Source of the DNA: Gammaproteobacteria bacterium | GTDB taxonomy: Bacteria > Pseudomonadota > Gammaproteobacteria > UBA4575 | DNA length: 64,000 nucleotides | Direction: 5' to 3' | NCBI GenBank assembly: GCA_965220895.1 | Contig: OZ244850.1 | Coordinates: 1,300,861-1,364,860 of the forward strand | Shown here: one piece after another, positions 9,601 to 20,600 of the stretch | How positions within the stretch are numbered: the first letter of the stretch is position 1 | Layout of the letters: each line of letters begins with the position of its first letter | Position numbers and translations under genes: made by a program | The notes under the pieces: model-generated | Told to the model about the DNA's origin: nothing | Seen by the model: the letters and a program-made list of their open reading frames with translations, nothing else | Database searches by the model: none

Positions 9601-10566
9601 TCAATCGGGTTGATGTGCCTGCCCAAGCCTTTCTTCGATTCTGTCAAACAGGATTGCGGCAATATTGAGACCGCACATCTTGTCGAGTTCCCGGATGCCG
9701 GTCGGGCTGGTCACGTTGATTTCCGTCAGGTAGTCACCGATCACGTCGATTCCCACGAAGTCCAGTTGCCGGGCCTCCAGTTCGGGCCGGATTTGTTCAC
9801 AAATCCATCGGTCCCGTTCGGTCAGGGCGGCGGCTTTTGGCGTGCCTCCCTTGGCTAGGTTGGCGCGCAGTTCCCCTGCGGCGGGAACCCGCACCAGGGC
9901 CTGCGGTACGGGCTCCCCGCCAATGAGCAAAATCCGTTTGTCACCTTCGCGGTACTCGGCAATCAGTTTCTGTGCCATCACCGAGCGGGTACCGTGCTGG
10001 GTTGAGGTTTCTAGGATCACGGCCCGGTTCGGGTCATCGTGTCGCACGCGAAAGACCAGGTCGCCTGCCATGCCGTCCAGAGGCTTGACCACGGCCTCCT
10101 TGTGTTCGTCGACGAAATGCTCCAGCGCCTGACGGTTGCGGCTGACCACATAGGGTACGGTGCACTCTGCGAAGCAGGTGGCGAACAACTTCTCATTGGT
10201 ATCCCGCAGGCTGGCGGGATTATTTATCACCAGTACCCCGCTTTGCTGTACGCGCTCCAGCAAAAAGGTCGTATAGATGTACTCCATGTCGAACGGCGGG
10301 TCCTTTCGCATCAGTATCACGTCGAACTCATCCAGTTTCTCGGTCGTTCGCGCCTGCACCTCGGCCCAGTTGACCGGGTCGTCCCTCACCGTGATGCGGG
10401 CCGTGTGTCCCAGGATTTCGCCGTCTTGCAGAAAAATGTCGGACGGTTGCAGATAATGGATGTGCCAGGCCCGGCACTGTGCTTCCAGCAGCATGGCGAA
10501 GGTGCTGTCCTTGTGAATATTGATGCCCTCTACAGGGTCCATGACTACACCGAGTTTAATGGTCAT
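9601..10566 (-). CDS. gshB: Glutathione synthetase (prokaryotic ATP-grasp type)
   Basis: Full-length similarity to GshB with N-terminal substrate domain and ATP-grasp region. Start trimmed to MTIKLGVVMDP. Confidence 0.9.
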   Translation of the reverse strand: MTIKLGVVMDPVEGINIHKDSTFAMLLEAQCRAWHIHYLQPSDIFLQDGEILGHTARITVRDDPVNWAEVQARTTEKLDEFDVILMRKDPPFDMEYIYTTFLLERVQQSGVLVINNPASLRDTNEKLFATCFAECTVPYVVSRNRQALEHFVDEHKEAVVKPLDGMAGDLVFRVRHDDPNRAVILETSTQHGTRSVMAQKLIAEYREGDKRILLIGGEPVPQALVRVPAAGELRANLAKGGTPKAAALTERDRWICEQIRPELEARQLDFVGIDVIGDYLTEINVTSPTGIRELDKMCGLNIAAILFDRIEERLGQAHQPD

Positions 10567-10692
10567 CGAAAGGCACTGCCTCGTCTGTACTGGCTGTCCA
10601 CAGGATACCATCCCAGATCGGGATTTCCGGCAGGAAAAATGGGCTGAGCCCTGCGGGACCGTGCAAGGGGGCAGGGTCGCACAGGTGACCTG

Positions 10693-11442
10693 CTAGCAAT
10701 CGTCATGCTGCGACAAGTCTCCCCACAGCATCTGTGCACTGACGACGGCCGTCAACGCGGCCGTTTCGGTACGCAATGTCCGCGGACCCAGGGCGATGGC
10801 CTCAAACCCCTGGGCCAGGATCCGGTCCGTCTCAGTTTCGGTCAGGCCACCCTCCGGGCCGATCACAAGCCAGACTTTTGCCAGGGGATCCCGGGCGAAG
10901 TGCGCCAGCCCGTGACCTGCGCCAATGTCGAGGACGAATCCCCGTGCATCTTCGCCGGGCGGACGCAGGCTGCCCAAATCCTGTGCCTCGTGCAGCACCG
11001 GAAGCACTGCGCGTCCACACTGTTCGCAGGCGCTGATGATGATGTTCTGCCAGTGCCGTCGCCGGTTTGCCCGGACCTGGTCCGAGAACCGGGTCACCGT
11101 GCGTTCGGTGATGACCGGGTGTATTTCGGTCACGCCCGCCTCGACGGTCTTCTGGATGGCGAAGTCCATATGTGTATTTCTCGATATGCCGAGCACCAGG
11201 TGGGTTTGCAGTACGGATTCCTTTCTGGCAGGGGTCCGGTCCGTGATCCGGACCGTCGCCGCTTTCTTGTGAAAGGTAACCGGCTGGCCGGGGTAGTCGT
11301 AGCCGTCTCCGTTGAACAGGATCAGCGGCGAGTGCTTGTCGATGCGAAGTACGCGGGCCGCGTGATGGCGCGTGCTGTCATCCAGACTGACTTCGCCGTG
11401 CACGGTCAACTCTTGAGGGGTGTACAGACGAATGGCCTGCAT
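10693..11442 (-). CDS. rsmE: 16S rRNA (uracil1498-N3)-methyltransferase RsmE
   Basis: 249 aa. PUA-like N-domain plus SPOUT C-domain (...LVIGPEGGLTETE...). Confidence 0.85.
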   Translation of the reverse strand: MQAIRLYTPQELTVHGEVSLDDSTRHHAARVLRIDKHSPLILFNGDGYDYPGQPVTFHKKAATVRITDRTPARKESVLQTHLVLGISRNTHMDFAIQKTVEAGVTEIHPVITERTVTRFSDQVRANRRRHWQNIIISACEQCGRAVLPVLHEAQDLGSLRPPGEDARGFVLDIGAGHGLAHFARDPLAKVWLVIGPEGGLTETETDRILAQGFEAIALGPRTLRTETAALTAVVSAQMLWGDLSQHDDC

Positions 11443-11469
11443 GGTGCCGAAGGCAAGTGAGCGCCGGGT

Positions 11470-12807
11470 TCAGTAGCGGTAGTAATCCGGTTTAAAGGGC
11501 CCGTTCAGATCTACCCGGATGTATTCCGCCTGTTCCGGGGTCAGACGGGTCAGTTTCGCACCGATTTTGTCCAGATGCAGGCGCGCAACTTCCTCGTCGA
11601 GCATCTTGGGCAGCACGTAAACCTTGTTTTCGTACCGGTCAGGATTTTTCCACAGTTCCATTTGTGCGAGCACCTGGTTGGTAAAGGAGTTCGACATCAC
11701 GAAGCTCGGGTGTCCTGTAGCGCAGCCCAGATTCACGAGGCGGCCTTCTGCGAGGAGGAGGATGCGCTTGCCGTCCGGAAAGAGGATGTGATCCACCTGT
11801 GGCTTGATGTTCTCCCACGGGTACTGCCTGAGGCTTGCGACATCGATTTCATTGTCAAAGTGCCCGATGTTGCAAACAATGGCCTGGTCCTTCATGGCTC
11901 GCAGATGATCATGGCTGATGACATGGTAATTACCGGTTGCGGTCACAAAAATGTCTGCACTTGAGACCACTTCCTCCAGGGTGACCACACGGTACCCGGC
12001 CATGGCAGCCTGCAATGCGCAAATGGGATCAATCTCCGTGATGAGGACGTTCGCCCCGAGGCTGCGCAGGGATTGCGCACAGCCCTTGCCCACATCGCCG
12101 AAGCCGAAGACCACCGCGGTTTTTGCCGCGATCATGACATCGGTGGCGCGCTTGATTCCGTCCACCAGGGATTCACGACAGCCGTACAGGTTGTCAAACT
12201 TGGACTTGGTCACGGAATCGTTCACGTTGAATGCCGGGACTTTGAGGTCATTGTTTTTTTCCATTTCCAGCAGGCGGTGAACCCCGGTGGTCGTCTCTTC
12301 GGATAGTCCCTTGACCTGGTCCAGCAGCTCGGGAAAGTTTTCGTGCATGATCTTGGTCAGGTCGCCGCCGTCGTCGAGCAGCAGGTTCGGATGCCAGCTG
12401 TCGGGTCCGTGGATGGTCTGTTCAATGCACCAGACGTAGTCCTCCTCGGTTTCGCCTTTCCAGGCAAACACGGGAATACCACTAGCCGCCATGGCCGCGG
12501 CCGCATGATCCTGGGTGGAGAATATGTTGCAGGAGGACCATCGGACCTGGGCACCCAGTGCCGTCAGGGTTTCGATCAGTACGGCGGTCTGCACCGTCAT
12601 GTGCAGGCAGCCCGCGATGCGCGCACCGGCCAGCGGTTTCTCATCACCGTACTTCTCGCGCAGGGCCATCAGGCCAGGCATCTCGGTTTCGGCAATGGCG
12701 ATCTCCTTGCGCCCCCAGTCTGCCAGGGCGAGGTCCGCCACCTTGAAATCCGCTACCACTTTCTGCGCAGGTTGAATGCTCATGATCTTATCTTGCCGTT
12801 CAGCCAA
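11470..12807 (-). CDS. ahcY: Adenosylhomocysteinase
   Basis: Characteristic SAHH motifs ([12 protein letters not shown]-binding [10 protein letters not shown]). Real start may be the internal MSIQPAQ. Confidence 0.9.
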   Translation of the reverse strand: MAERQDKIMSIQPAQKVVADFKVADLALADWGRKEIAIAETEMPGLMALREKYGDEKPLAGARIAGCLHMTVQTAVLIETLTALGAQVRWSSCNIFSTQDHAAAAMAASGIPVFAWKGETEEDYVWCIEQTIHGPDSWHPNLLLDDGGDLTKIMHENFPELLDQVKGLSEETTTGVHRLLEMEKNNDLKVPAFNVNDSVTKSKFDNLYGCRESLVDGIKRATDVMIAAKTAVVFGFGDVGKGCAQSLRSLGANVLITEIDPICALQAAMAGYRVVTLEEVVSSADIFVTATGNYHVISHDHLRAMKDQAIVCNIGHFDNEIDVASLRQYPWENIKPQVDHILFPDGKRILLLAEGRLVNLGCATGHPSFVMSNSFTNQVLAQMELWKNPDRYENKVYVLPKMLDEEVARLHLDKIGAKLTRLTPEQAEYIRVDLNGPFKPDYYRY

Positions 12808-12816
12808 TTTGCGGCA

Positions 12817-13989
12817 TTATACCATTGCGCCCAGTCCAGCCCGTTCCTTGAGTTCGTCCACCCGGTCCGTACGCTCCCAGCGAAAACTGTCCTCGCTGCG
12901 GCCAAAATGCCCGTAGGTGGCCGTGGCCCGGTAGATCGGGTGAAGCAGGTCCAGCATGGTCAGAATTCCATACGGAGACAGGTCAAACATGTCCCGGATG
13001 ATGGCCTCGATCCTGTCATCTGCGATGATCCCCGTGCCGAAGGTATTGATCGAGATGGAAGTCGGTTGCGCCACGCCGATGGCGTACGAGATCTGGATTT
13101 CGCAGCGTTCTGCCAGTTCGGCCGCGACCACGTTCTTGGCAACATAGCGTCCCGCATATGCTGCCGAGCGATCGACTTTTGAGGGGTCCTTGCCTGAGAA
13201 GGCACCGCCGCCATGGCGCGCCATGCCCCCGTAGGTATCGACGATGATCTTGCGTCCGGTCAGCCCGCAATCCCCGACCGGGCCTCCTGTCTCGAACCGG
13301 CCGGTCGGATTGATGTGAATCTTCGTGTCTGCCGTCATCCATTTTTCCGGCAGCACCGGCTTGATGATCAGTTCCCGGACCGCTTCGTGCAGGTCTTCCT
13401 GGCTGACTTCCGGGTCATGCTGGGTGGAGAGCACCACCGCCTCGATGCAACAGGGTATTTCGTCCTCATAGGCAAAGGTGACCTGACTCTTGGCATCCGG
13501 GCGCAACCAGGCCAGTTGTCCGGCTCGCCTGACTGCGGACTGTTGCTGTACCAGGCGGTGCGCATAGGTGATTGGTGCCGGCATGAGTACATCGGTCTCG
13601 TTGCAGGCGTAGCCGAACATCATGCCCTGATCCCCCGCACCCTGATCCTCCCTGCTTTCGCGGTCGACCCCGCGTGCAATGTCGGGCGACTGCTTGCCCA
13701 GCGCATTGATGACAGCACAGGTATGTCCATCAAAACCGATTCTGGAGTGGTCATACCCAATCTCGTTCACAGTCCGTCTCACGAGGGACTCGAGGTCCGT
13801 GTGGGCCGTGGTGGTGATCTCACCGGCCAGTACGACCATGCCGGTTTTCACAAGGGTCTCGCAGGCTACGCGGGCATCGGGATCCTGCTCGAGAAGGGCA
13901 TCGAGCACGGCATCGGAGATCTGGTCTGCCATCTTGTCCGGATGTCCCTCGGATACGGACTCGGAGGTGAAAACGCGTGTCGCAGGCAT
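12817..13989 (-). CDS. metK: S-adenosylmethionine synthetase
   Basis: [26 protein letters not shown] and GGGAFSGKD motifs; 390 aa. Confidence 0.95.
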   Translation of the reverse strand: MPATRVFTSESVSEGHPDKMADQISDAVLDALLEQDPDARVACETLVKTGMVVLAGEITTTAHTDLESLVRRTVNEIGYDHSRIGFDGHTCAVINALGKQSPDIARGVDRESREDQGAGDQGMMFGYACNETDVLMPAPITYAHRLVQQQSAVRRAGQLAWLRPDAKSQVTFAYEDEIPCCIEAVVLSTQHDPEVSQEDLHEAVRELIIKPVLPEKWMTADTKIHINPTGRFETGGPVGDCGLTGRKIIVDTYGGMARHGGGAFSGKDPSKVDRSAAYAGRYVAKNVVAAELAERCEIQISYAIGVAQPTSISINTFGTGIIADDRIEAIIRDMFDLSPYGILTMLDLLHPIYRATATYGHFGRSEDSFRWERTDRVDELKERAGLGAMV

Positions 13990-14092
13990 GGGCCTCTTCG
14001 GGTCTGGTATGGCCTGTCAACGGTTAACAGGCGCCTTGAATCGCGCTATTCTACGCAATTCGAGTACATTTAAGAAATGCATTCCTGATTCC

Positions 14093-14650
14093 ATGGCGCG
14101 CACACCTTCCAACATGATGCCCTTGGGTACCCCGGCCCCGGAATTTTGCCTGCCGGATACGGTTTCCGGGAAGGAAGTGTGCCTGTCGGATATGCGTGGC
14201 GAGATTGCGACCGTGGTCATGTTCATATGCAACCACTGCCCCTTTGTAAAGCATATCCAGGATGAACTGGTCCGGCTCGGTCAAGAGTATCCTGCCCGCG
14301 GTGTCTCGCTGGTTGCTGTCAGTTCCAACGATGCCGTCCAGTATCCCGAGGACTCACCGGAAAACATGAAGGCCCTGGCGGTGTCCCTCGGATATACCTT
14401 TCCTTATCTGTATGACGAGACCCAGCAGGCGGCGAGGCTGTACGATGCGGCCTGCACACCCGATTTCTATGTCTTTGATCAGGCACTGGAGTGCGTATAC
14501 CGGGGACAACTGGACGATTCGCGACCGGGCAATGACATCCCTGTCACCGGTGAAAGCCTGCGCCTTGCCCTTGATGCCCTGCTGGCGGGTCAAAGTGTCG
14601 ATCCCGAACAGAAACCCAGTATAGGGTGCAACATCAAGTGGAAGGCATGA
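14093..14650 (+). CDS. Thioredoxin-fold redoxin-family protein (CxxC = CNHC)
   Basis: 185 aa. CNHCPF active-site-like motif in a thioredoxin-like context. Start chosen at ATG 14093; the ORF track's longer 13679 start is antisense to metK. Confidence 0.55.
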   Translation: MARTPSNMMPLGTPAPEFCLPDTVSGKEVCLSDMRGEIATVVMFICNHCPFVKHIQDELVRLGQEYPARGVSLVAVSSNDAVQYPEDSPENMKALAVSLGYTFPYLYDETQQAARLYDAACTPDFYVFDQALECVYRGQLDDSRPGNDIPVTGESLRLALDALLAGQSVDPEQKPSIGCNIKWKA

Positions 14651-14808
14651 CATCTTGCTAGGAATAAGCCAAAAGGGAAGGTTCACCGGCTGAACCAGAG
14701 CAGTGGGAATGGCCGGACCGCCTGTTCTGGATGATGGCGCAGCGACCGACAATCTCTGTCCGAGTCGATGCGGGCTCGATGAAGAGGTCGCTGATCAGAA
14801 GTTTCCGC

Positions 14809-14827
14809 ATCGCATCCGTAATGCGAT
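14809..14827. promoter_or_regulatory. 7-bp perfect inverted repeat ATCGCAT-N5-ATGCGAT immediately upstream of the efflux operon start; candidate operator or 5'-UTR hairpin
   Basis: Seen directly: atcgcat ccgta atgcgat at 14809-14827, 8 nt before the proposed ATG of the outer-membrane factor gene. Confidence 0.3.
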
Positions 14828-14834
14828 AGGCTGC

Positions 14835-16412
14835 ATGGTAATGGCAACTGTTTCAGGAAGATTGACAACGCACCGGCGCTACCCCGCACCGGCGGTGCTG
14901 CTCCCAGTCATTGCCGGATTTCTAATGGCCGCATGTTCACAAAAATCATTCCTGCCAGTCCAGGAACCCGTGCCGCAGTTGCCCGGGGAATTCACCGGGG
15001 AGGCGGTGGCCGAGGCCTACGCGCCGCTGGAGTGGTGGAAAACATTCAACGATCCGGTACTCGACCGGGTCGTTGAAGCCGCACTTGCCTCCAACTTCGA
15101 CCTAGCGGGGGCCGTGGCACGTGTGGAACAGGCCCGGGCCCGGGCACGCATCGCGAATGCAGCCCGGTACCCTGCGCTTCAGCCAGCAGCGGTTGCCGAG
15201 GACACGGATTCACCGACCAATGCCGGGGTGGGCCAGCAGATTGAAGAGGTCGGGTTGAGCCCGGAACTCAAACAGGAGTTTGGCATTTCTGTACCGGACC
15301 GCCTGGCGGTAACCACATACTCCCTGAGTGCAGAATTCTCCTACGAGGCCGACTTCTGGGGCCGCAACCGCAATGATGCACAGGCGGCCCGTGCCAAGTA
15401 CCTGGCTTCCGAGTGGGACCACCGTGCAGCCCGTATCGGGGTTGTTGCGGAAACTGTGCGCACCTACATTGAAGTCGCCTGGCTGCGCCGACAACTTGGA
15501 CTGTCAGACGAGATCGTCGGAATCCTGAAGGAGCGCGAGAAACTCACCACGGCACGCTATCACCGTGGTCTGAATACGGCGCGCGAGCTCTACACAGCGC
15601 GCCTGCAGCTGTGGAATTCGCAGGCTGAACTGCCTGCCGTCAGGGGTCAGCTGGCCGACGCACAGGGACGTCTCTGGGTACTGCTGGGAGGATACCGGTC
15701 GGACCTGGCCGGTATGCTGCCCGATTCCCTGTCGCCGTCGATGACGTACGAGCGTGTTCCGGTGGGTATCCCGGCGGACCTTCTCGCGCAACGCCCCGAT
15801 GTGGGTGCGGCCCGCCAGCACATGGAAGCGGCCCGCTATGCAGTCGGCGCCCGTCGGGCTGAACTTCTGCCGTCTCTGTCTTTGTCCGGTTCCATCGGCC
15901 TGCAGGGTTCGGACACTGATCAGTGGTTTGATGCGGACCAGTGGTTCAAAAACCTGAGCCTGAATCTGGTAGGACCGGTATTTCAGGGCAAGCGCCTGCG
16001 CCACAACGTGACCCTCGCAGAGACCCGGCTGGAAGAAGCGGTTTCGGCTTACAGGCACTCTGTGGTGACTGCGGTCAACGAGGTCGAGGCGGTGCTGGCC
16101 CAGCTGGAAACCAGCCACCATCGCCATGTCCTGTTGAGTTCCTCCGTCGAGGAGGCCCGGGCGGAGGCCGCCTTTCAGGAGCGGCGCTACCGGTCCGGGG
16201 TCGGGGACTATGATGACTTTCTTGCCGCCTTGGAAACCCTCACCAGCATGAGGTCCTCGCTGGTTGCGGCAGAGCGTGATCTGGGCTACATGCGGCTCGC
16301 GCTGCACCGCGCCCTGGGCGGTGTGTGGACGGTTTCTGACCCTGGCGCCGTACAAATTGACGATTCTCCACAGGTTGCAGGCCCGCAAGTTGCAACCTTA
16401 CCCCCTGAGTAA
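14835..16412 (+). CDS. RND efflux system outer-membrane factor lipoprotein (NodT/TolC family)
   Basis: Lipobox ...VIAGFLMAAC-S after a basic n-region. TolC-family coiled/beta architecture. First gene of an OMF-MFP-RND triplet. Start chosen at ATG 14835; 14841 is also possible. Confidence 0.8.
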   Translation: MVMATVSGRLTTHRRYPAPAVLLPVIAGFLMAACSQKSFLPVQEPVPQLPGEFTGEAVAEAYAPLEWWKTFNDPVLDRVVEAALASNFDLAGAVARVEQARARARIANAARYPALQPAAVAEDTDSPTNAGVGQQIEEVGLSPELKQEFGISVPDRLAVTTYSLSAEFSYEADFWGRNRNDAQAARAKYLASEWDHRAARIGVVAETVRTYIEVAWLRRQLGLSDEIVGILKEREKLTTARYHRGLNTARELYTARLQLWNSQAELPAVRGQLADAQGRLWVLLGGYRSDLAGMLPDSLSPSMTYERVPVGIPADLLAQRPDVGAARQHMEAARYAVGARRAELLPSLSLSGSIGLQGSDTDQWFDADQWFKNLSLNLVGPVFQGKRLRHNVTLAETRLEEAVSAYRHSVVTAVNEVEAVLAQLETSHHRHVLLSSSVEEARAEAAFQERRYRSGVGDYDDFLAALETLTSMRSSLVAAERDLGYMRLALHRALGGVWTVSDPGAVQIDDSPQVAGPQVATLPPE

Positions 16413-16418
16413 ATCAGC

Positions 16419-17648
16419 ATGAATAGACTGAAGAACAAACTGAAAGCTTACCTGGTTGCCGCAGGGATCTTGGCCGGCGCGGTGGCGCTGGCCGCCATTC
16501 TGGTGTCACTCGCCCCTGAGCCGGAGCGTCGTGAACAACCGCCCCAGATTCCATTTGTCCAGTCGGCTCGGGTGATGTCCGGGGAGGGGGCCATCCCCGT
16601 ATACGGTGCCGGCACGGTGCGGCCCAGTGCAGAGATCGATGTCACCCCGCAAGTCAGTGGCAGGGTCGACTGGGTGAATCCGAGTTTCCACAGCGGCGGG
16701 CGACTCAAGGCGGGCGATACGATGTTCCGCATTGAACAGGCGGACTACCAGCATCGCCTTCGCGAAGCCATGGCCGACCTTGAAGACCGCAAGGTGGCAC
16801 TTCTCGAGGCCCAGGAACTGGCGGCAGTGGCGCGCAGTGAATACGAGCAGTATTCAGGGCGACAGCTTGAGTCCGGGGCCACGGTAGATCAGGCCAGCCC
16901 CTTGGTTTTGCGCGAGCCCCAGCTGAAGGCAGCTGAAGCGGCACTCAAGCGTGAGGAAGCCAGGGTGGCGGAAGCCAGGCTGGCTTTGTCCAGAACGAAG
17001 GTGAATGCACCCTTTGATGGCTATGTGCGAGAAGAGTCCGTGGACAAGGGACAGTTCCTGTCGGTGGGCAAGTCGGTGGGGCGACTGTTCGCCGCCGATG
17101 CTGTCGAAGTGGTGATCCCTCTTTCCGATGCCAGTACGGCCTTGATTCCCGGGCTGTGGAAACTGCAGGAGGGAAATGGCAAACGGCAGGTGCCTGCGCG
17201 CGTGATTGCCCGGTACGGCGATGAAAGCTTTGCGTGGAACGGCTACGTCGATCGGGCCGAAGCCTCGCTGGACAAGCAGACCCGAACCATTGACGTGGTC
17301 GTGCGGGTTCCGGACCCCTTTTCCGCGGGCGAACAGGTGCAGGGGACGGCGCGTCCTGAGCATGCCCCCCCGCTGTTGATCGGCAAGTTTGTGGAAATAG
17401 AGATCCAGGGCATCACACCCGAAAGCTATTTCCAGGTACCGCGTTCCGCACTGCAGTCGAACAACGAGTTATGGGTGATTCGCGAAAACCAGTCAGTCGG
17501 AATTGTCCCGGTGCAGGTGCTGCAGCGCGGCGACGATGAAGTTTTTGTAACGGGTGCCTTGGAGAAAGGTCTTGCGGTCATCACCGGGGGAATCCAGTTT
17601 GCGACCGAAGGCATGATGGTTCGCAGCGAGACCGGCTTGAAACCATGA
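16419..17648 (+). CDS. RND efflux periplasmic adaptor (membrane fusion protein, HlyD/AcrA family)
   Basis: N-terminal TM anchor, coiled-coil hairpin, lipoyl/beta-barrel domains typical of MFPs. 4-nt overlap with the downstream RND pump. Confidence 0.8.
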   Translation: MNRLKNKLKAYLVAAGILAGAVALAAILVSLAPEPERREQPPQIPFVQSARVMSGEGAIPVYGAGTVRPSAEIDVTPQVSGRVDWVNPSFHSGGRLKAGDTMFRIEQADYQHRLREAMADLEDRKVALLEAQELAAVARSEYEQYSGRQLESGATVDQASPLVLREPQLKAAEAALKREEARVAEARLALSRTKVNAPFDGYVREESVDKGQFLSVGKSVGRLFAADAVEVVIPLSDASTALIPGLWKLQEGNGKRQVPARVIARYGDESFAWNGYVDRAEASLDKQTRTIDVVVRVPDPFSAGEQVQGTARPEHAPPLLIGKFVEIEIQGITPESYFQVPRSALQSNNELWVIRENQSVGIVPVQVLQRGDDEVFVTGALEKGLAVITGGIQFATEGMMVRSETGLKP

Positions 17649-20600
17649 GCCGCAACGCGAGTCATCCAGGGGAGCCAGGCGGGCCGATCGCCTATATGGC
17701 GAGCAACAGCGTCGCTGCCAATCTGTTCATGGTCGCCATACTTGCGGCCGGCCTGGTAGCGTTGACCGGTCTTGAACGTGAGGCCTGGCCCACCTTGCCC
17801 TTCAACACGATCGAGGTGTCCATGGCCTATCCGGGTGCCACGCCTGAGGAGGTGGAAGAATCGATCGTCGTCAAGATTGAGGAGCAGGTCAACTCGCTGA
17901 ATGACATCAAGAGAGTGAAGTCTGTGGCGGCTCCGGGGATGGCATCCATCCGGATTGAGCTGAAATCGGGTACGGATATCGGCCGGGCACTGGATGATAT
18001 CAAGTCTGCAGTAGGCCGGATCCAGTCCTTCCCAGGCGGGGCAGAGCGTGCGGAATTCAGGGAGATGACCAATCGGCAAAGCGTGATTCGTCTCATTGTC
18101 TACGGAAATGTCTCTGAACGCTCACTCAAGGAGCTGGCACACCGGGTCGAGGATGAACTCGCTTCGCTTGATGCCGTGTCATCGGTGGAAACCAGCGGTG
18201 TTCGGGATTACGAAATCTCCATCGAAGTGCCACAGCAGCGCCTGCGTGCTCTGGGGCTGACCCTGACAAGCATCGCAGACGTCATTCGCCATGGCTCCTT
18301 GGACCTGTCGGCGGGCAGTATCGAAACACAGGAGGCGCAGGTGCGGGTGCGCACGCTCGGACAGCGCTATGACCAGCAGGATTTTGAAGACATTGTGGTT
18401 TTGAGCCGCAGTGACGGTACCGTCGTTCGCTTGGGTGATATTGCCGTGGTCCGCGACGGCTTCCAGGATACGGACCTGATCGTCCGGCACCGGAATCAGC
18501 CAGGCGCTTTCGTCGAGGTCTACCGGTCCGACGGGGAACAGGTGATGGATGTTGCGACCGCCGTACAGGACCATGTCGCCAAGGTGATCATTCCCTCCCT
18601 TCCAGACGGTGTGGGGGTCACTATCTGGAACGATGAATCCCAGTCCTACGCGGAACGTGTCGACCTGCTTGTAAAAAACGGCTCGCTTGGGCTGCTCCTG
18701 GTATTCATTGCTTTGGCCCTGTTCATGGAAATCCGGCTCGCCGTGTGGGTTGCCGCGGGTCTTGCGGTTTCCGGTATTGGCGCCCTGGCAGTCATGCTGA
18801 CGCTCGATATTGCGATCAACACCATATCCCTGTTCGCATTTGTTCTTGCGATCGGCATCGTCGTCGATGATGCGATCGTGGTGTCCGAACATATCCACTA
18901 CGAACGCAAGCGCGGCACACCGGGGGTTGCGGCAGCCATTCGCGGGGCACGGCGAATCAAGATCCCCCTGACATTTGCCGTCCTCACCTCGGTCGCGGCG
19001 TTCACCCCGCTGCTCTTTATTCCCGGGGGGATCGGGGAAATCTGGGGCGCCCTGCCCGTGATCATCATTGCCATGCTGCTGATTTCCCTGGTCGAGTCAT
19101 TACTGATCTTGCCCAATCACCTCTCCCATCTGCATGGACCGGATCATGTGCCCACGGGTCCCGTTGAACGCTTCTTTGCCCAGGCCCAAGGCCTGGTCGA
19201 TCATATGGTCAGCACATTTCTGAAAGGCCCGCTGGACCGTGCCCTGCATTTTGCAACGGCCCAGCCCGTGGTGACCGTTGCAGGCGCCATCGGGCTGCTC
19301 ATTATCAGCATATCGCTGTTGCCTGCGGGGATCGTCAAGACAACCTTTGCTGATGTGGTCGAAGGAGACTTCGTGACGGCCAGCCTGGAAATGCCTGATG
19401 GCACGACTGCACAGAGGACGTACGAGGTGGCAAGAGAACTTGAGATCGCGGGTCACCGGGCGATCGAACGGCTTTCTCGTGAGCGACCCGAGGGTTCGCC
19501 TTCCCTGCTTTCCGGAGTAACCGTGACCGTGGGACAGGGGCCGCGTGTAGAGGGCGGCGGACTGGTACCAGAGCCCACACTCAATCCGCAAGCCAACATT
19601 GCCACCATAGAATTCAAGCTGCTGGGTGCACAGCAGCGCGAGATCTCTACCAGCGCGGTGGTGGATGCGTGGCGGGAGGAGGTCGGTGTGCTTCCCTATG
19701 TCCGGGGCCTCGCCTTCAGTGGCGAGATCATTGATCTTGGCAATCCTGTCGAAGCCGTATTGTCGCATCCCGACCCGATGCGCCTGGCCGATATTGCGAG
19801 CTCCATGGTCGCCAGCCTGCGCGCAATCGGCGGAGTCTTTGACGTACGTTCCGACCACTCGCCTGGAATCCGGGAAATCCAGATTGAGTTGCGCCCTGAG
19901 GCACGAACGCTCGGGCTCACACTGGAGGAGCTGGCCCAGCAAGCCCGTTCTGCATTCTTCGGCGCCGAGGCCTTGAGGGTCCAGCGGGGCCGCGAAGAGG
20001 TCCGCGTGTATGTACGCCTGCCTGCCAGTGAACGCAATGCCATTACCGACATCGAAGGGCACCTGATCCACACCCCGAGCGGCGCGGAAGTCCCGTTAAG
20101 CCAAGTGGCTCAGCTCAAGTCGGGTATCTCACCGCCCTCGATTCGGCGCAAGGACGGGCAACGCGTCGTTACCGTGACCGCGGACGTGGATCCAACCATG
20201 ATATCCAGTGGCGAAGCTAACAGTATTCTAGCGAACTCAATCCTCACGGATCTCACGGCAGAGTACCCTGATCTGACGTACACGTTTGGAGGCGAGCAGC
20301 AGCAACAGATGGAATCCCTGGACTCGCTGAATCGTGGTTTCGTGCTCGCTTTGCTGATGATCTTCGCACTGCTCGCCATCCCCCTCCGCTCCTATACCAG
20401 GCCGTTTATCATCATGGCCGTAATCCCTTTCGGACTGATCGGTGCGATCCTCGGCCACTGGGTGCTGGGGGTTGCCATGAGTGCCGCTTCATTCATGGGC
20501 ATCTTCGGCCTCAGCGGGGTGGTGGTGAATGACTCGCTGGTGATGATCGACTTTATCGACCAGAAGCTCGATGAAGGTTCGCCTGCCCGAAGCGCAATCA

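Noticed and set aside
10705-11460. 251-aa plus-strand ORF (and 10039..10647)
   Set aside because: Antisense to rsmE and gshB respectively.
12343-14073. Two plus-strand ORFs of 279 and 286 aa
   Set aside because: Antisense to ahcY and metK. The long 13679 start proposed for the thioredoxin-fold gene in the track is likewise rejected in favour of ATG 14093.
13990-14092. Possible SAM riboswitch in the metK leader (and 2572..2659 before metX)
   Set aside because: The leaders are only about 90-100 nt and I could not recognise SAM-I or SAM-II conserved cores by eye. Left for an Rfam scan.
14354-14752. 132-aa minus-strand ORF
   Set aside because: It overlaps the 3' end of the thioredoxin-fold gene antisense and has no features.
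15504-20071. Minus-strand ORFs of 294, 239 and 323 aa inside the efflux genes
   Set aside because: Antisense to OMF and RND genes that have strong family signatures.
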